A stretch of DNA of 64,000 nucleotides. Source: Opitutales bacterium. Its GTDB lineage: Bacteria > Verrucomicrobiota > Verrucomicrobiia > Opitutales > Coraliomargaritaceae. The notes beneath the pieces were generated by a model. The model was given only the letters and a program-made list of their open reading frames with translations. It made no database searches and had not been told where the DNA came from. The stretch is from contig JBMYNR010000005.1 of assembly GCA_049598495.1 (NCBI GenBank), forward strand, positions 15,618 to 79,617, written 5' to 3'. Below are positions 30,530-40,492 of this stretch, piece after piece. Both the position numbers and the translations under genes were made by a program. Position 1 is the first letter of the stretch. Each line of letters opens with the position of its first letter.

Positions 30530-31162
30530 ATGGGACAGAAAGTACATCCAACCGGCTTCCGCCTTGCAGTGACCCGCGACTGGGATTCTCGCTGGTATGC
30601 GAACAAGGAGCAATTCCCTGAATATATCAAGGAAGACCACACCATTCGCACCCTGCTTACCGAGAAACTGCGCTATGCATCCGTGCCGCGCATCTTCATC
30701 GAGCGTGCCTCTGGTCGTATCCGTGTTAAGATTTTCACAGCACGTCCCGGTGTCGTCATCGGCCGTAAAGGCGCCGAGCTGGACAAGCTTAAAGTCACGC
30801 TCAATAAGAAGGTCGGTAAGGACGTCATGCTCGATATCCAGGAAGTTAAGCGTCCTGATCTTTCCGCCCAGCTTGTCGCAGAAAACGTCGCGCTTCAACT
30901 CGAGCGCCGAATTGCTTTCCGCCGCGCGATGAAGCGCGCTGTCCAAACGACAATGGCCATGGGCGCCGATGGTATCCGCATCCAGTGTGCCGGACGTCTT
31001 GGGGGTGCTGATATTGCCCGGACCGAGCAACAGCGTCAGGGTCGTGTGCCTCTTCAAACACTCCGGGCTAACATCAATTATGGGTTTTCCGAAGCGAGCA
31101 CCGTCTATGGGATTATCGGTGTGAAGTGCTGGATTTGCCTGCCGGACGACGAAACCATCTAA
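30530..31162 (+). CDS. rpsC: 30S ribosomal protein S3
   Basis: MGQKVHPTGFRL, ARPGVVIGRKG, GRVPLQTLRA. Confidence 0.99.
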   Translation: MGQKVHPTGFRLAVTRDWDSRWYANKEQFPEYIKEDHTIRTLLTEKLRYASVPRIFIERASGRIRVKIFTARPGVVIGRKGAELDKLKVTLNKKVGKDVMLDIQEVKRPDLSAQLVAENVALQLERRIAFRRAMKRAVQTTMAMGADGIRIQCAGRLGGADIARTEQQRQGRVPLQTLRANINYGFSEASTVYGIIGVKCWICLPDDETI

Positions 31163-31196
31163 ATTTCGATTTTTAAAAATTTAAACAGAGCGAATC

Positions 31197-31613
<417 letters not shown>

Positions 31614-31640
31614 CTCTTTCTATCGTAGGAGAAATTCCAC

Positions 31641-31844
31641 ATGAACACCAAAGATATCCGCGAAATGTCCGAAGCCGAAATTGAAAAGCAGCTCCGTGAT
31701 ACACGTGACGAGCGTGTCCTCCTCCGTATGCAGAAGCAAACCGGTCAGGTTGAGCATCCGCATCGCTTCAAGGAAATGAACCGCCAGATCGCACGCCTCG
31801 AAACCATCCTTAAGGAAAAGAAGTTGGCATCCGCTAACGCTTAA
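31641..31844 (+). CDS. rpmC: 50S ribosomal protein L29
   Basis: DIREMS, LRMQKQTGQ, IARLETIL; canonical position. Confidence 0.95.
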   Translation: MNTKDIREMSEAEIEKQLRDTRDERVLLRMQKQTGQVEHPHRFKEMNRQIARLETILKEKKLASANA

Positions 31845-31863
31845 TTTCTAGCCCATAGATCAC

Positions 31864-32142
31864 ATGGAAACTGCTACACGCAATTCTCGTAAAGTCCTCG
31901 TCGGTACCGTATCCAGCCGCTCCGGCGATAAGACTATCAAGGTCACCTACTCCTATAAGGTCCCGCACCCTCTCTACAAGAAAGAGATTAAGCGTAAGAC
32001 TGTTGTGCACGCACACGACGAAAAGAATGAGTGTGGTCTTGGTGATAAAATCGAAATTATGGAAACACGTCCGCTTTCTAAGTTGAAGCGCTGGCGCGTT
32101 ACCAAGGTGCTCGAAGTCGCTCCTAAGCTTGGCGACGAGTAG
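31864..32142 (+). CDS. rpsQ: 30S ribosomal protein S17
   Basis: DKTIKV, HPLYKK, AHDE, ETRPLSKLKRW. Confidence 0.98.
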   Translation: METATRNSRKVLVGTVSSRSGDKTIKVTYSYKVPHPLYKKEIKRKTVVHAHDEKNECGLGDKIEIMETRPLSKLKRWRVTKVLEVAPKLGDE

Positions 32143-32188
32143 GTCACTGCAGACAAACATTTATCAAACCAATTAGGGAGATTTAGCT

Positions 32189-32551
32189 ATGATTCAGATG
32201 AACAGCCGCGTTTTTGTAGCGGATAACACCGGCGCCAAGTCCGCCGAGATGATCCGCCGCCTTGGTCAGAACAAGGACAGTGCCGATGTCGGTGATGTTG
32301 TGGTCTGTGCTGTGAAGGAAGCCGCGACCGATGCTTCCGTCAAAAAGGGCGAGGTTGTCCGTGGTGTGGTCGTCCGCACCAAGGCGCCTGTGCGCCGTGG
32401 CGATGGCAGCTACCTTCGTTTCGATAACAACGCCATCGTTATTATCAACGCCGACGGTAATCCCAAAGGCACACGCATCTTTGGGCCGGTAGCTCGCGAG
32501 CTCCGCGCCAAATACATGAAAATTATCTCTCTCGCACCGGAGGTTCTGTAA
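32189..32551 (+). CDS. rplN: 50S ribosomal protein L14
   Basis: [34 protein letters not shown]. Confidence 0.99.
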   Translation: MIQMNSRVFVADNTGAKSAEMIRRLGQNKDSADVGDVVVCAVKEAATDASVKKGEVVRGVVVRTKAPVRRGDGSYLRFDNNAIVIINADGNPKGTRIFGPVARELRAKYMKIISLAPEVL

Positions 32552-32553
32552 TT

Positions 32554-32796
32554 ATGGGCAAAGCAATCAAACGCGAACAGGAAGTCGTCGTCATCTCCGG
32601 CGCCCATAAGGGCAAGCGCGGGAAGGTTCTCGAGGTGAAAGCCCCTGAGAAGATCCTCGTCGAAGGCGTCAACCTTATCACTAAATATGAGCGCAAGACT
32701 CAGGAAAACCCCGAGGGCGGTTCTGTTGAGCGTGAAGCTCCCATTCATTATTCAAATGTCATGCTCGCTGAAAAGTATGACGCCAAAGCCAAATAA
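32554..32796 (+). CDS. rplX: 50S ribosomal protein L24 (short, 80 aa)
   Basis: KOW motif VVVISGAHKGKRGKV, VEGVN, EAPIHYSNV. Confidence 0.95.
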   Translation: MGKAIKREQEVVVISGAHKGKRGKVLEVKAPEKILVEGVNLITKYERKTQENPEGGSVEREAPIHYSNVMLAEKYDAKAK

Positions 32797-32896
32797 GGCG
32801 CTTGCCAAGGTTTAGATCTGAGCCACTGTCTCGCAGCTTTTCAAAAACATCATTCACCACTAACAGGTCGGGTTGGAAATCCGCCTTATACAAAAG

Positions 32897-33511
32897 ATGT
32901 CACAGTCAATTCTACAAAAACACTACGCTGAGAAGGTTGTCCCCGAACTCATGAAGAAGTTCGGTTACAAGAACCCGCATCAGGTGCCTGCGATCAAGAA
33001 GATCGTCATCAACTCCGGCTTCGCCGCTACTGCGGATAAGAATCACGTACAGTATGTTAACGATGAGCTCGGTAAGATTTCCGGGCAACGTCCGGTGACC
33101 ACTAAGGCAAAGCTCTCCATCTCGAACTTCAAACTTCGTGAAGGCCAGCCGATCGGTGCCAAGGTAACCCTTCGTGGTGCCGCCATGTATGATTTCCTGG
33201 TCCGCCTGATTAATATCGCGCTTCCCTGTATCCGTGACTTCCGTGGAGTTCCGACCCGTTTTGACGGTCAGGGGAACTATACGCTTGGTGTCAGCGACCA
33301 TACCATCTTCCCGGAAGTGAGTGCCGAGGGCACAAGTGCGCAAATTGGTATGGATATTTGTATCAACACCAGTGCTTCTACCGACGAAGAAGGCCGAGAG
33401 CTTCTCAAGCTCTTCGGTGTGCCCTTCCGTAAGAGCAGCTCTGAAGTCGCTGCCGAAGAAGCGGATGCCGCCAGCGGTGAGCCTGCAGAATCCGCTGAAG
33501 CAAATGCATAA
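32897..33511 (+). CDS. rplE: 50S ribosomal protein L5
   Basis: KIVINSG, ISGQRP, NFKLREG, IRDFRG, FDGQGNY. Confidence 0.98.
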   Translation: MSQSILQKHYAEKVVPELMKKFGYKNPHQVPAIKKIVINSGFAATADKNHVQYVNDELGKISGQRPVTTKAKLSISNFKLREGQPIGAKVTLRGAAMYDFLVRLINIALPCIRDFRGVPTRFDGQGNYTLGVSDHTIFPEVSAEGTSAQIGMDICINTSASTDEEGRELLKLFGVPFRKSSSEVAAEEADAASGEPAESAEANA

Positions 33512-33528
33512 CCTTTAGACGAATACCT

Positions 33529-33834
33529 ATGGCTAAAAAATCAGCAATCCAACGTAACTTGAAGCGCGAGCGCATGATCGCGAAATACGCAGCCAAGCGT
33601 AACGAGCTCAAGGCGATCCTGGCAAACCCTGAAACCTCTGACGAGGACTTCTACAAAGCGCAGTCCAAGCTCACCAAGCTTCCTAAGAACAGTTCGCCGA
33701 TCCGTGCTCGCAACCGTTGCTCCGTCACAGGTCGTCCCCGCGCATTCATCCGTAAGTTCGGTCTATCCCGTATCACCTTCCGCGAACTGGCGACTCAAGG
33801 CAAGATTCCCGGTGTGACGAAGTCCTCCTGGTAG
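33529..33834 (+). CDS. rpsN: 30S ribosomal protein S14 (long, zinc-independent type)
   Basis: [27 protein letters not shown]; 101 aa with a single Cys. Confidence 0.98.
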   Translation: MAKKSAIQRNLKRERMIAKYAAKRNELKAILANPETSDEDFYKAQSKLTKLPKNSSPIRARNRCSVTGRPRAFIRKFGLSRITFRELATQGKIPGVTKSSW

Positions 33835-33843
33835 GAGACTTTT

Positions 33844-33878
33844 CAGGAGACAGAAGTCAGAAAACAGAAGAGAGAATC
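33844..33878. repeat. Five tandem heptamers (CAGAARN-like) between rpsN and rpsH
   Basis: CAGGAGA CAGAAGT CAGAAAA CAGAAGA GAGAATC. Confidence 0.7.
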
Positions 33879-33991
33879 TTTTTTAATCAGATACAATTTA
33901 CAGGAGGCAGGGCTTCGTCATTCGAATTGATCATTCCGAATCCCGAATCCTGACTCCTCCAAAATAACGAAAACCCAGCAGTTTAAATACT

Positions 33992-34390
33992 ATGGCAGTT
34001 CACGACACAATCGGCGATTTCCTCACCATCATACGCAACGCCAGCTCCGCTCGTAAAGAGTCCTGCACCACGCAGCACTCCAAGATGCGCGCCGCGATCG
34101 CTGCGATTCTCAAGGATGAGGGTTATATTAACGACTTTAGCGAAGGTCAGGACGAGAAGGGGTTTAAGACCCTCACGCTTGCCTTGAAATTCGCGGGTAA
34201 GACACCCGCGATTACTGGGATCGAGCGTCACAGCACGCCTGGCCGCCGACTCTACTACGGTTGCAAAGACATCCCCCGCGTTCTTGGCGGTATGGGTGTG
34301 GCAATCCTCACTACTTCCAAAGGCGTGATGCGCGCCCGCGATGCCCGTGAAGCAGGTGTCGGCGGTGAGCTCGTCTGCAAAGTCTGGTAA
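33992..34390 (+). CDS. rpsH: 30S ribosomal protein S8
   Basis: DTIGDFLTIIRNA, STPGRRLY, ILTTSKGVM, GVGGEL. Confidence 0.98.
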   Translation: MAVHDTIGDFLTIIRNASSARKESCTTQHSKMRAAIAAILKDEGYINDFSEGQDEKGFKTLTLALKFAGKTPAITGIERHSTPGRRLYYGCKDIPRVLGGMGVAILTTSKGVMRARDAREAGVGGELVCKVW

Positions 34391-34406
34391 TTGAAAGGCC
34401 ACTACG

Positions 34407-34943
34407 ATGAGCAGAATTGGTAAACTTCCCATTCCCGTCCTTGATAAGGCAAACGTCACCGTTGACGGTCAGACTGTCCGCGCTGAAGGCCCCAAGGGTA
34501 AACTTGAACAAACTTTCGACAGTTCGGTTAAGATCGAGCTGGCTGACGGCGAAATCAAGGTGTCTCCCGCAGACAGCAGCCGCCACGCCCGCGCGATGTA
34601 TGGTACTGTGCGCTCCATCATCAATAATATGGTGATCGGCGTCGTCGACGGTTATGAAAAGAAACTCGAGATCAAGGGTGTCGGTTTCCGTGCGGCGCTT
34701 AAGGGCGACGTGCTCGACCTCGCACTTGGTTATTCGCACCCGGTTGAGGTGAAGATCCCCGAGGGTATCACCGTGACCGTGGCTGAGAACACAAAGCTCT
34801 CTGTCTCCGGTGCTGACAAGCAAATGGTCGGCGAGATCACCGCGACGATCTACTCCTACTTCCCAGCTGAGCCATATAAGGGCAAGGGGGTCCATATCCT
34901 CGGTCAATATGTCCGCCGTAAGGAAGGTAAGAAGTCCGCTTAA
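34407..34943 (+). CDS. rplF: 50S ribosomal protein L6
   Basis: MSRIGKLP, GPKGKL, LGYSHP, EPYKGKG. Confidence 0.98.
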   Translation: MSRIGKLPIPVLDKANVTVDGQTVRAEGPKGKLEQTFDSSVKIELADGEIKVSPADSSRHARAMYGTVRSIINNMVIGVVDGYEKKLEIKGVGFRAALKGDVLDLALGYSHPVEVKIPEGITVTVAENTKLSVSGADKQMVGEITATIYSYFPAEPYKGKGVHILGQYVRRKEGKKSA

Positions 34944-34962
34944 TTTCATCAGAGGGTATATC

Positions 34963-35319
34963 ATGAAACTCCAGAAGAAAAATTCTCTCGCACAGAAGCG
35001 TCGCTATCGCATCCGCAAGAAGGTCAAGGGCACTGCAGTGCGTCCTCGACTGGCTGTGCATTTCTCCAACAAGCACATCTACGCACAATGCATCGACGAC
35101 GTAGCCGGTCACACGGTGGCCTACGCTTCCTCCGTTGGTGGTAAGGATGCCTCGGTTAAGGCCAATACTGAAGGTGCTGTCGAACTCGGCAAAATTATCG
35201 CCCAAAAGGCCAAGGATGCCGGTGTTGAGGCCGTTGTCTTTGATCGTGCCGGCCGTCGCTACCACGGTTGTGTCAAATCATTCGCTGAAGCGGCCCGTGA
35301 AGGCGGCCTCCAATTCTAA
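34963..35319 (+). CDS. rplR: 50S ribosomal protein L18
   Basis: [32 protein letters not shown] at 34963. Confidence 0.97.
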   Translation: MKLQKKNSLAQKRRYRIRKKVKGTAVRPRLAVHFSNKHIYAQCIDDVAGHTVAYASSVGGKDASVKANTEGAVELGKIIAQKAKDAGVEAVVFDRAGRRYHGCVKSFAEAAREGGLQF

Positions 35320-35329
35320 GGATCACCAT

Positions 35330-35854
35330 ATGAGCCAAAAAAACAGATCATTTTCTCAAGCTGACGAAAACGAGGAAGCTCCCGAGTTCGTCGAAAAGGT
35401 TGTCCACATTAACCGCTGCGCCAAAGTGGTGAAGGGTGGTCGTCGTTTTAGCTTCGCTGCGCTTGTCGTTGTCGGCAACCAAAAGGGTGAAGTCGGCGTC
35501 GGATACGGGAAGGCAAAGGAAGTTCCCGAGTGTATTCGCAAGGGCACTGAGCAGGCCAAGAAGAATCTCGTTACGATCAAACTTCGTGGTGACACAATTC
35601 CGCATCACGTTCTCGGTGAGGCGGATGGTGGTAAGGTTCTCCTGCGCCCGGCATCGGACGGAACCGGCGTGATCGCCGGTGGCGGTTGCCGTGCGGTTCT
35701 CGAGTCCGTTGGTATCAAGAACATCCTCTCGAAGTCTCTCGGTTCGAATAACCACCTCGCAATGGTGAACGCCACGATGGACGCGCTCCTTCAACTTCGT
35801 TCCAACCAGGAAATTCAAAATATCCGTTTCGGCGAAGTCGCCGCAGAAGCATAA
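35330..35854 (+). CDS. rpsE: 30S ribosomal protein S5
   Basis: [34 protein letters not shown] at 35330. Confidence 0.98.
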   Translation: MSQKNRSFSQADENEEAPEFVEKVVHINRCAKVVKGGRRFSFAALVVVGNQKGEVGVGYGKAKEVPECIRKGTEQAKKNLVTIKLRGDTIPHHVLGEADGGKVLLRPASDGTGVIAGGGCRAVLESVGIKNILSKSLGSNNHLAMVNATMDALLQLRSNQEIQNIRFGEVAAEA

Positions 35855-35866
35855 GGATCCAGTCAC

Positions 35867-36337
35867 ATGAATCTCGAAAATATTCCAACCATCAAAGGTG
35901 CCACGCACCCCACCAAGCGCCTTGGGCGTGGTGAGGGCAGTGGCCACGGCAAGACTTCCGGCAAGGGGCACAAGGGCCAGAAGGCTCGTTCCGGCGGCGG
36001 TATCCGTATTGGCTTTGAGGGCGGTCAAATGCCGCTTTATCGTAAGCTTCCGCGCCGTGGTTTTAACAACAAGAACTTCAAGAGCACTTTCCAACTCGTG
36101 AACGTTGGCGATCTTGAGAAGCTCGATGGGAATACCGTCGATCGCGAGTCTCTCGTCGCAGCGGGGCTTATCCGCGACAACGACGAGGGCGTTAAGCTTC
36201 TCGGCGAAGGTGAGGTTTCCCAGGCCTATACAGTCAACGTCTGCAAAGTCTCTGCCTCTGCCAAGAGCAAGATCGAAGCTGCTGGCGGTAAGATCGAAGA
36301 AGCTGTCGAGGCAACTGAGGAAAAAGAAGACGCGTAA
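35867..36337 (+). CDS. rplO: 50S ribosomal protein L15
   Basis: RLGRGEGSGHGKTSGKGHKGQ, GFEGGQMPL. Confidence 0.98.
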   Translation: MNLENIPTIKGATHPTKRLGRGEGSGHGKTSGKGHKGQKARSGGGIRIGFEGGQMPLYRKLPRRGFNNKNFKSTFQLVNVGDLEKLDGNTVDRESLVAAGLIRDNDEGVKLLGEGEVSQAYTVNVCKVSASAKSKIEAAGGKIEEAVEATEEKEDA

Positions 36338-36378
36338 ATAGATTCTCCCCCGGGCTCGGGTGAAGGACCCAATTACTT

Positions 36379-37899
36379 ATGCTATCTGCTTTTACGAATT
36401 CTCTGAAGATTCCTGAACTTCGCCAGAAGATCTTCTTTACGCTGGCTCTGTTGTTCATTGCTCGTGTCGGCGCGAACATTCCTCTTCCGGGAATGAATGT
36501 CGGACCGATCCAGGAGTTCTTTGCAGATGAGGCAAGTGCCGGCGGCGGACTGGTCGGCATGTTTAACATGTTCACGGGGGGCGCGCTACTCAATGGTGCC
36601 GTCTTCGCCCTGGGTATCATGCCCTATATCAGTGCGTCGATTATCATGCAGCTCGTGGGTGCTGTTTTTCCGTCGATTGCTCGCCTTCAACAAGAAGGGG
36701 ATGTCGGCCGTCAAAAGATCAACCAATACACGCGCTATCTCACGCTCGGTATTTGCGTTATTCAAGGTCTGCTCCTTTTGGTCGCGCTTTCGACTAATCC
36801 GGCCAGCCTGATCGGTCAGGGATTTAACCCGGCTGAGTATGGCCAGATCGTGATTGCTGCACAGCTTCCCTTCCTCGTTACAGGCACGGTTTTCCTGACT
36901 GCGGGCACCATGATTATGGTTTGGCTCGGAGAACAAATCACCCAGAAGGGCATTGGTAACGGGATCTCGCTGCTGATTACCATTAGCATTATTTCCGGTC
37001 TCCCGGGCGCGGTTGTTGCGACTTATCAAATGTTTGTCGCCCCCGTTGGTTCGGAAGGTGCCTCACTCGGTGTGCCGGAAGGTGTGCTGATGCTGGCGCT
37101 CCTTTTCGCCGTGACTGCTGCACTGGTTGCCATTACTCAGGCTCAGCGCAAGATTCCGGTTCAATATGCGAAGCGGGTAGTCGGACGCAAAGTCTACGGC
37201 GGCCAGAGCTCCTTCCTTCCGCTGAAGGTGAACTACGCCGGGGTGATGCCAGTTATCTTCGGTAGTGCGATTCTCATGTTTCCTGCGCAGATTCTGGCCT
37301 ACCTTGGTAGTGCCACAGGGATGCGTTTCTTCAACGATTTTGCTGATTCAATCGCGCAAGGCCAGCCGGCTTACTACATTATTTTTGGCCTTCTCATCCT
37401 GGTCTTCTCCTACTTTTGGGTCTCCATGATGTTTAAGCCTATTCAAATTGCGGATGATCTGAAGAAAAATGGCGGTTACATTCCCGGCGTGCGTCCTGGT
37501 GAACCGACTGCCAAGTTTCTTGATCACATCATGACCCGCTTGACGCTGTTTGGGGCGATCTCTCTAACGATCATAGCGGTATTCCCCGACTTTCTTCTCT
37601 TTAATTATAACGTGCCTTTTAGTGTCGCCCTTTTCTTTGGTGGCACCGGAATGTTGATCACCGTGGGTGTGCTTCTTGACACCATGCGCCAGATTGAGAC
37701 CTATCTTCTCCAGCGCCACTACGACGGCTTCCTTAAGAAGGGCAAGATTCGTGGACGCTCTGCTGCCCGTAATAAGCAGCTCGTCGACACCGCCGGGCTA
37801 CAGGATTTCTGGAATGTCTGGCGCCCGCTTCTCTTTATAGCGATCGCGCTCTTCGTCCTTGGGGTTATTTCCTGGGCGATGAACACCTTCGGAGGTTAA
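36379..37899 (+). CDS. secY: Preprotein translocase subunit SecY with a C-terminal extension
   Basis: FALGIMPYISASI, WLGEQIT..GIGNGISL, LPLKVNYAGVMPVIF, IPGVRPG, GGTG.LI.VGV. Confidence 0.98.
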   Translation: MLSAFTNSLKIPELRQKIFFTLALLFIARVGANIPLPGMNVGPIQEFFADEASAGGGLVGMFNMFTGGALLNGAVFALGIMPYISASIIMQLVGAVFPSIARLQQEGDVGRQKINQYTRYLTLGICVIQGLLLLVALSTNPASLIGQGFNPAEYGQIVIAAQLPFLVTGTVFLTAGTMIMVWLGEQITQKGIGNGISLLITISIISGLPGAVVATYQMFVAPVGSEGASLGVPEGVLMLALLFAVTAALVAITQAQRKIPVQYAKRVVGRKVYGGQSSFLPLKVNYAGVMPVIFGSAILMFPAQILAYLGSATGMRFFNDFADSIAQGQPAYYIIFGLLILVFSYFWVSMMFKPIQIADDLKKNGGYIPGVRPGEPTAKFLDHIMTRLTLFGAISLTIIAVFPDFLLFNYNVPFSVALFFGGTGMLITVGVLLDTMRQIETYLLQRHYDGFLKKGKIRGRSAARNKQLVDTAGLQDFWNVWRPLLFIAIALFVLGVISWAMNTFGG

Positions 37900-37997
37900 G
37901 GCGCTCTGTAAGTGACCCTTTCCGAAGAGCTCTCTTCTTTTAGACATCTCTTCGTTTTCAATCTGTTCTTTGATCCATCTCCTCGCTTCGATGCCCG

Positions 37998-38765
37998 ATG
38001 AAGTATATTCGCTCAGACGATGAAATTCAATCGATTCGCGAAGCATGCCAAATCGCAGCTACCGTACTTAAACGGCTTGTTGATGCGGTTGAGGCGGGGA
38101 TGACTACTTACGATCTGGACCAACTCGGACGAAAAGCCATTGAAGAATTAGGGGCTGAAAGCGCCTGCTACAACTACCGCTCAGGTAATAACGTCTTTCC
38201 GGCTTACACCTGTCTCTCTATAAACGAAGAGATCGTCCATGGAATCGGCACGCTGCGCCGTAGCATTCAACCCGGTGATGTCGTCTCTATCGATGTGGTG
38301 GTCAACTATCGCGGATTTATTGGTGACAACGCACAAACCGTATTGATTGAACCAGTGGCCGAGAAAAATGCCGCTCTCATCGAAGCAACCAGGGAATCTC
38401 TGAATTACGCGATCAGTTTCGCCCGTGCCGGGAATCGAGTTGGGGACATCTCCAATGCCGTGGAGCGATTCATTAAGCGCCACAACTACGGCATCGTTCG
38501 GGATTTCGTCGGACATGGAGTCGGCAAATCCATGCATGAGCCCCCTCAAATACCTAATTGTGGGCGTCGAGGCAGTGGAGCCTTGCTCAAACCTGGCATG
38601 TGCCTCGCAATCGAGCCGATGATCAACCTCGGGACCGGCAAAGTCGATATGCTCGACGATGGTTGGACCGCGGTGACCAAGGATCGTAAAAATTCTGCTC
38701 ATTTTGAGCACACCGTCCTCGTTACCAACGGGGACCCGGAAATTTTAACAATTCCCAAAAAATAA
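37998..38765 (+). CDS. map: Methionine aminopeptidase type I
   Basis: CLSINEEIVHGI, GHGVG.SMHE.P, AIEPMIN, SAHFEHT. Confidence 0.97.
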   Translation: MKYIRSDDEIQSIREACQIAATVLKRLVDAVEAGMTTYDLDQLGRKAIEELGAESACYNYRSGNNVFPAYTCLSINEEIVHGIGTLRRSIQPGDVVSIDVVVNYRGFIGDNAQTVLIEPVAEKNAALIEATRESLNYAISFARAGNRVGDISNAVERFIKRHNYGIVRDFVGHGVGKSMHEPPQIPNCGRRGSGALLKPGMCLAIEPMINLGTGKVDMLDDGWTAVTKDRKNSAHFEHTVLVTNGDPEILTIPKK

Positions 38766-38839
38766 CTTTTCAAACCAAGCTAAACTGCTATTTTCCACCA
38801 CTTTTCCCGTAATCCAGCGGGTCAAACCATCATTTAATT

Positions 38840-39202
38840 ATGCCACGTATCCTCGGAGTCGACATTCCTGCCAACAAGAAGCTAGAGTATTCTCTACGCT
38901 ACATTTATGGCATTGGGCCAACACGCGCTAAGCTGATTGTCAGCGAGTCCGGTTTTGATCCGGATCGTCGCGCCGGTGATCTCAGTGAAGAAGAGGTCAA
39001 CCAGCTCGCTTCTATTGTCGCGGAAAAACAGTATGTTGTAGAAGGCGACCTTCGCCGTGAGCGCACCGCCAACCTAAAGCGTCTTTCTGCGATTCGCAGC
39101 GTCCGCGGCATGCGCCATATGCGTGGCCTCCCGGTTCGTGGCCAACGCACAAAAACCAATGCCCGTACGCGCAAGGGTGCTATTAAGCCCGTGCGTAAGT
39201 AA
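38840..39202 (+). CDS. rpsM: 30S ribosomal protein S13
   Basis: RILGVDIP, IYGIG, LPVRGQRTKTNARTRKG. Confidence 0.99.
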   Translation: MPRILGVDIPANKKLEYSLRYIYGIGPTRAKLIVSESGFDPDRRAGDLSEEEVNQLASIVAEKQYVVEGDLRRERTANLKRLSAIRSVRGMRHMRGLPVRGQRTKTNARTRKGAIKPVRK

Positions 39203-39221
39203 TTTTTAGAAGGAATTTCCC

Positions 39222-39746
39222 ATGAGCGAAGAAGAAACAAAGTCCGCTGCCGAAGAAGAAAAAGTAGCCGTTGTCGCTGAAGAAGCCACGACGACTGCTG
39301 AAGTTGCCGAGCCTGAAAAGAAGAAGGAAGTTACTGCTGAAGATCTCCTGAAGAGCGATCTTGACGGTGTTAAGATCCGTCGCGCGAAGGGAAGTAAGAA
39401 TATCACTTCCGGTATCGTGAACGTGCTTGCTACCTTCAATAATACCAAGGTCACTTTCACAGATCCGCGTGGTAACGTCATTTCTTGGTCGAGCGCCGGT
39501 AAGTGCAATTTCCGGGGTTCTCGTAAGTCCACCGCCTATGCCGCCCAAGTCGTCACCCAGGACGCTGGTCGCGTGGCGATGTCTCACGGGATGAAAGAAG
39601 TCGTGGTCAAGCTCAACGGCCCTGGTATGGGTCGGGACTCGGCTGTTCGCGCGCTCCAATCTCTTGGCATGATCGTCACTGAAATCATTGATGTGACTCC
39701 GGTACCGCATAATGGATGCCGGGCGCCAAAACGTCGTCGTGTCTAG
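39222..39746 (+). CDS. rpsK: 30S ribosomal protein S11 with an acidic N-terminal extension
   Basis: [26 protein letters not shown]. Confidence 0.98.
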   Translation: MSEEETKSAAEEEKVAVVAEEATTTAEVAEPEKKKEVTAEDLLKSDLDGVKIRRAKGSKNITSGIVNVLATFNNTKVTFTDPRGNVISWSSAGKCNFRGSRKSTAYAAQVVTQDAGRVAMSHGMKEVVVKLNGPGMGRDSAVRALQSLGMIVTEIIDVTPVPHNGCRAPKRRRV

Positions 39747-39805
39747 TGTGTTTCTGCCACACGGACACATTCAATATTAGTTAGCAGTAAAAGGATAAGA
39801 ACACC

Positions 39806-40414
39806 ATGGCTCGTTACACAGGCCCCACAACTCGCATCAACCGCCGTTTTGGTCAGGCGATCTTCGCCCCGACCAAGGCTTATGAGCGTAAACCACACCC
39901 TCCCGGTCAGCACGGTCCCCGTCTGCGCCGTAAATTGAGCGATTACGCAATCGGTCTCAATGAAAAGCAAAAGCTTCGTTTCATGTATGGCATGACCGAG
40001 AAGCAATTTCGCCTCACTTTCGAAAAAGCCAAAAACACCCGTGGTGTTACCGGTGAGATTTTCCTTCAAATGCTGGAACGCCGCCTCGACAGCGTCATCT
40101 ACCGCCTGGGCTTTGCTAAGTCTCGCGCGGCGGCTCGTCAGTTCGTGAGTCATGGACACATCGTGGTCAATGGCAAGAAAACCGACATCGCCAGTTTCGT
40201 GGTTAAAGAAGGCGATGAAATTGAAGTGCGTGAGCGAACCTCCTCTCGTCAGCTGGCTACCCGCTGCATGGAAGAAAGCCAGGCGCGCACGGTTCCCGAG
40301 TGGCTCACGCTCAACGCCGACGCTCTCAAGGCCACCGTCAATCGCCTTCCCTCCAATGAGGAAACCGAAGAGTCGATTAACGTTCAACTGATCGTTGAAT
40401 ACTATAGCCGCTAG
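39806..40414 (+). CDS. rpsD: 30S ribosomal protein S4
   Basis: MARYTGP, PPGQHG, EKQKLR, LERRLD, ARQFVSHGH, IVEYYSR. Confidence 0.99.
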   Translation: MARYTGPTTRINRRFGQAIFAPTKAYERKPHPPGQHGPRLRRKLSDYAIGLNEKQKLRFMYGMTEKQFRLTFEKAKNTRGVTGEIFLQMLERRLDSVIYRLGFAKSRAAARQFVSHGHIVVNGKKTDIASFVVKEGDEIEVRERTSSRQLATRCMEESQARTVPEWLTLNADALKATVNRLPSNEETEESINVQLIVEYYSR

Positions 40415-40492
40415 CCCTAACCGCTAGCCAGTTTCATTCTTCGTATCATCGTTTCTCCAACTTACTAGTAACCCGCCAGAGAAAAGCCCATT

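Noticed and set aside
34810..35329. N-terminally extended L18 and S5 as given in the ORF track
   Set aside because: The extensions overlap the upstream genes; the internal ATGs at 34963 and 35330 give normal proteins.
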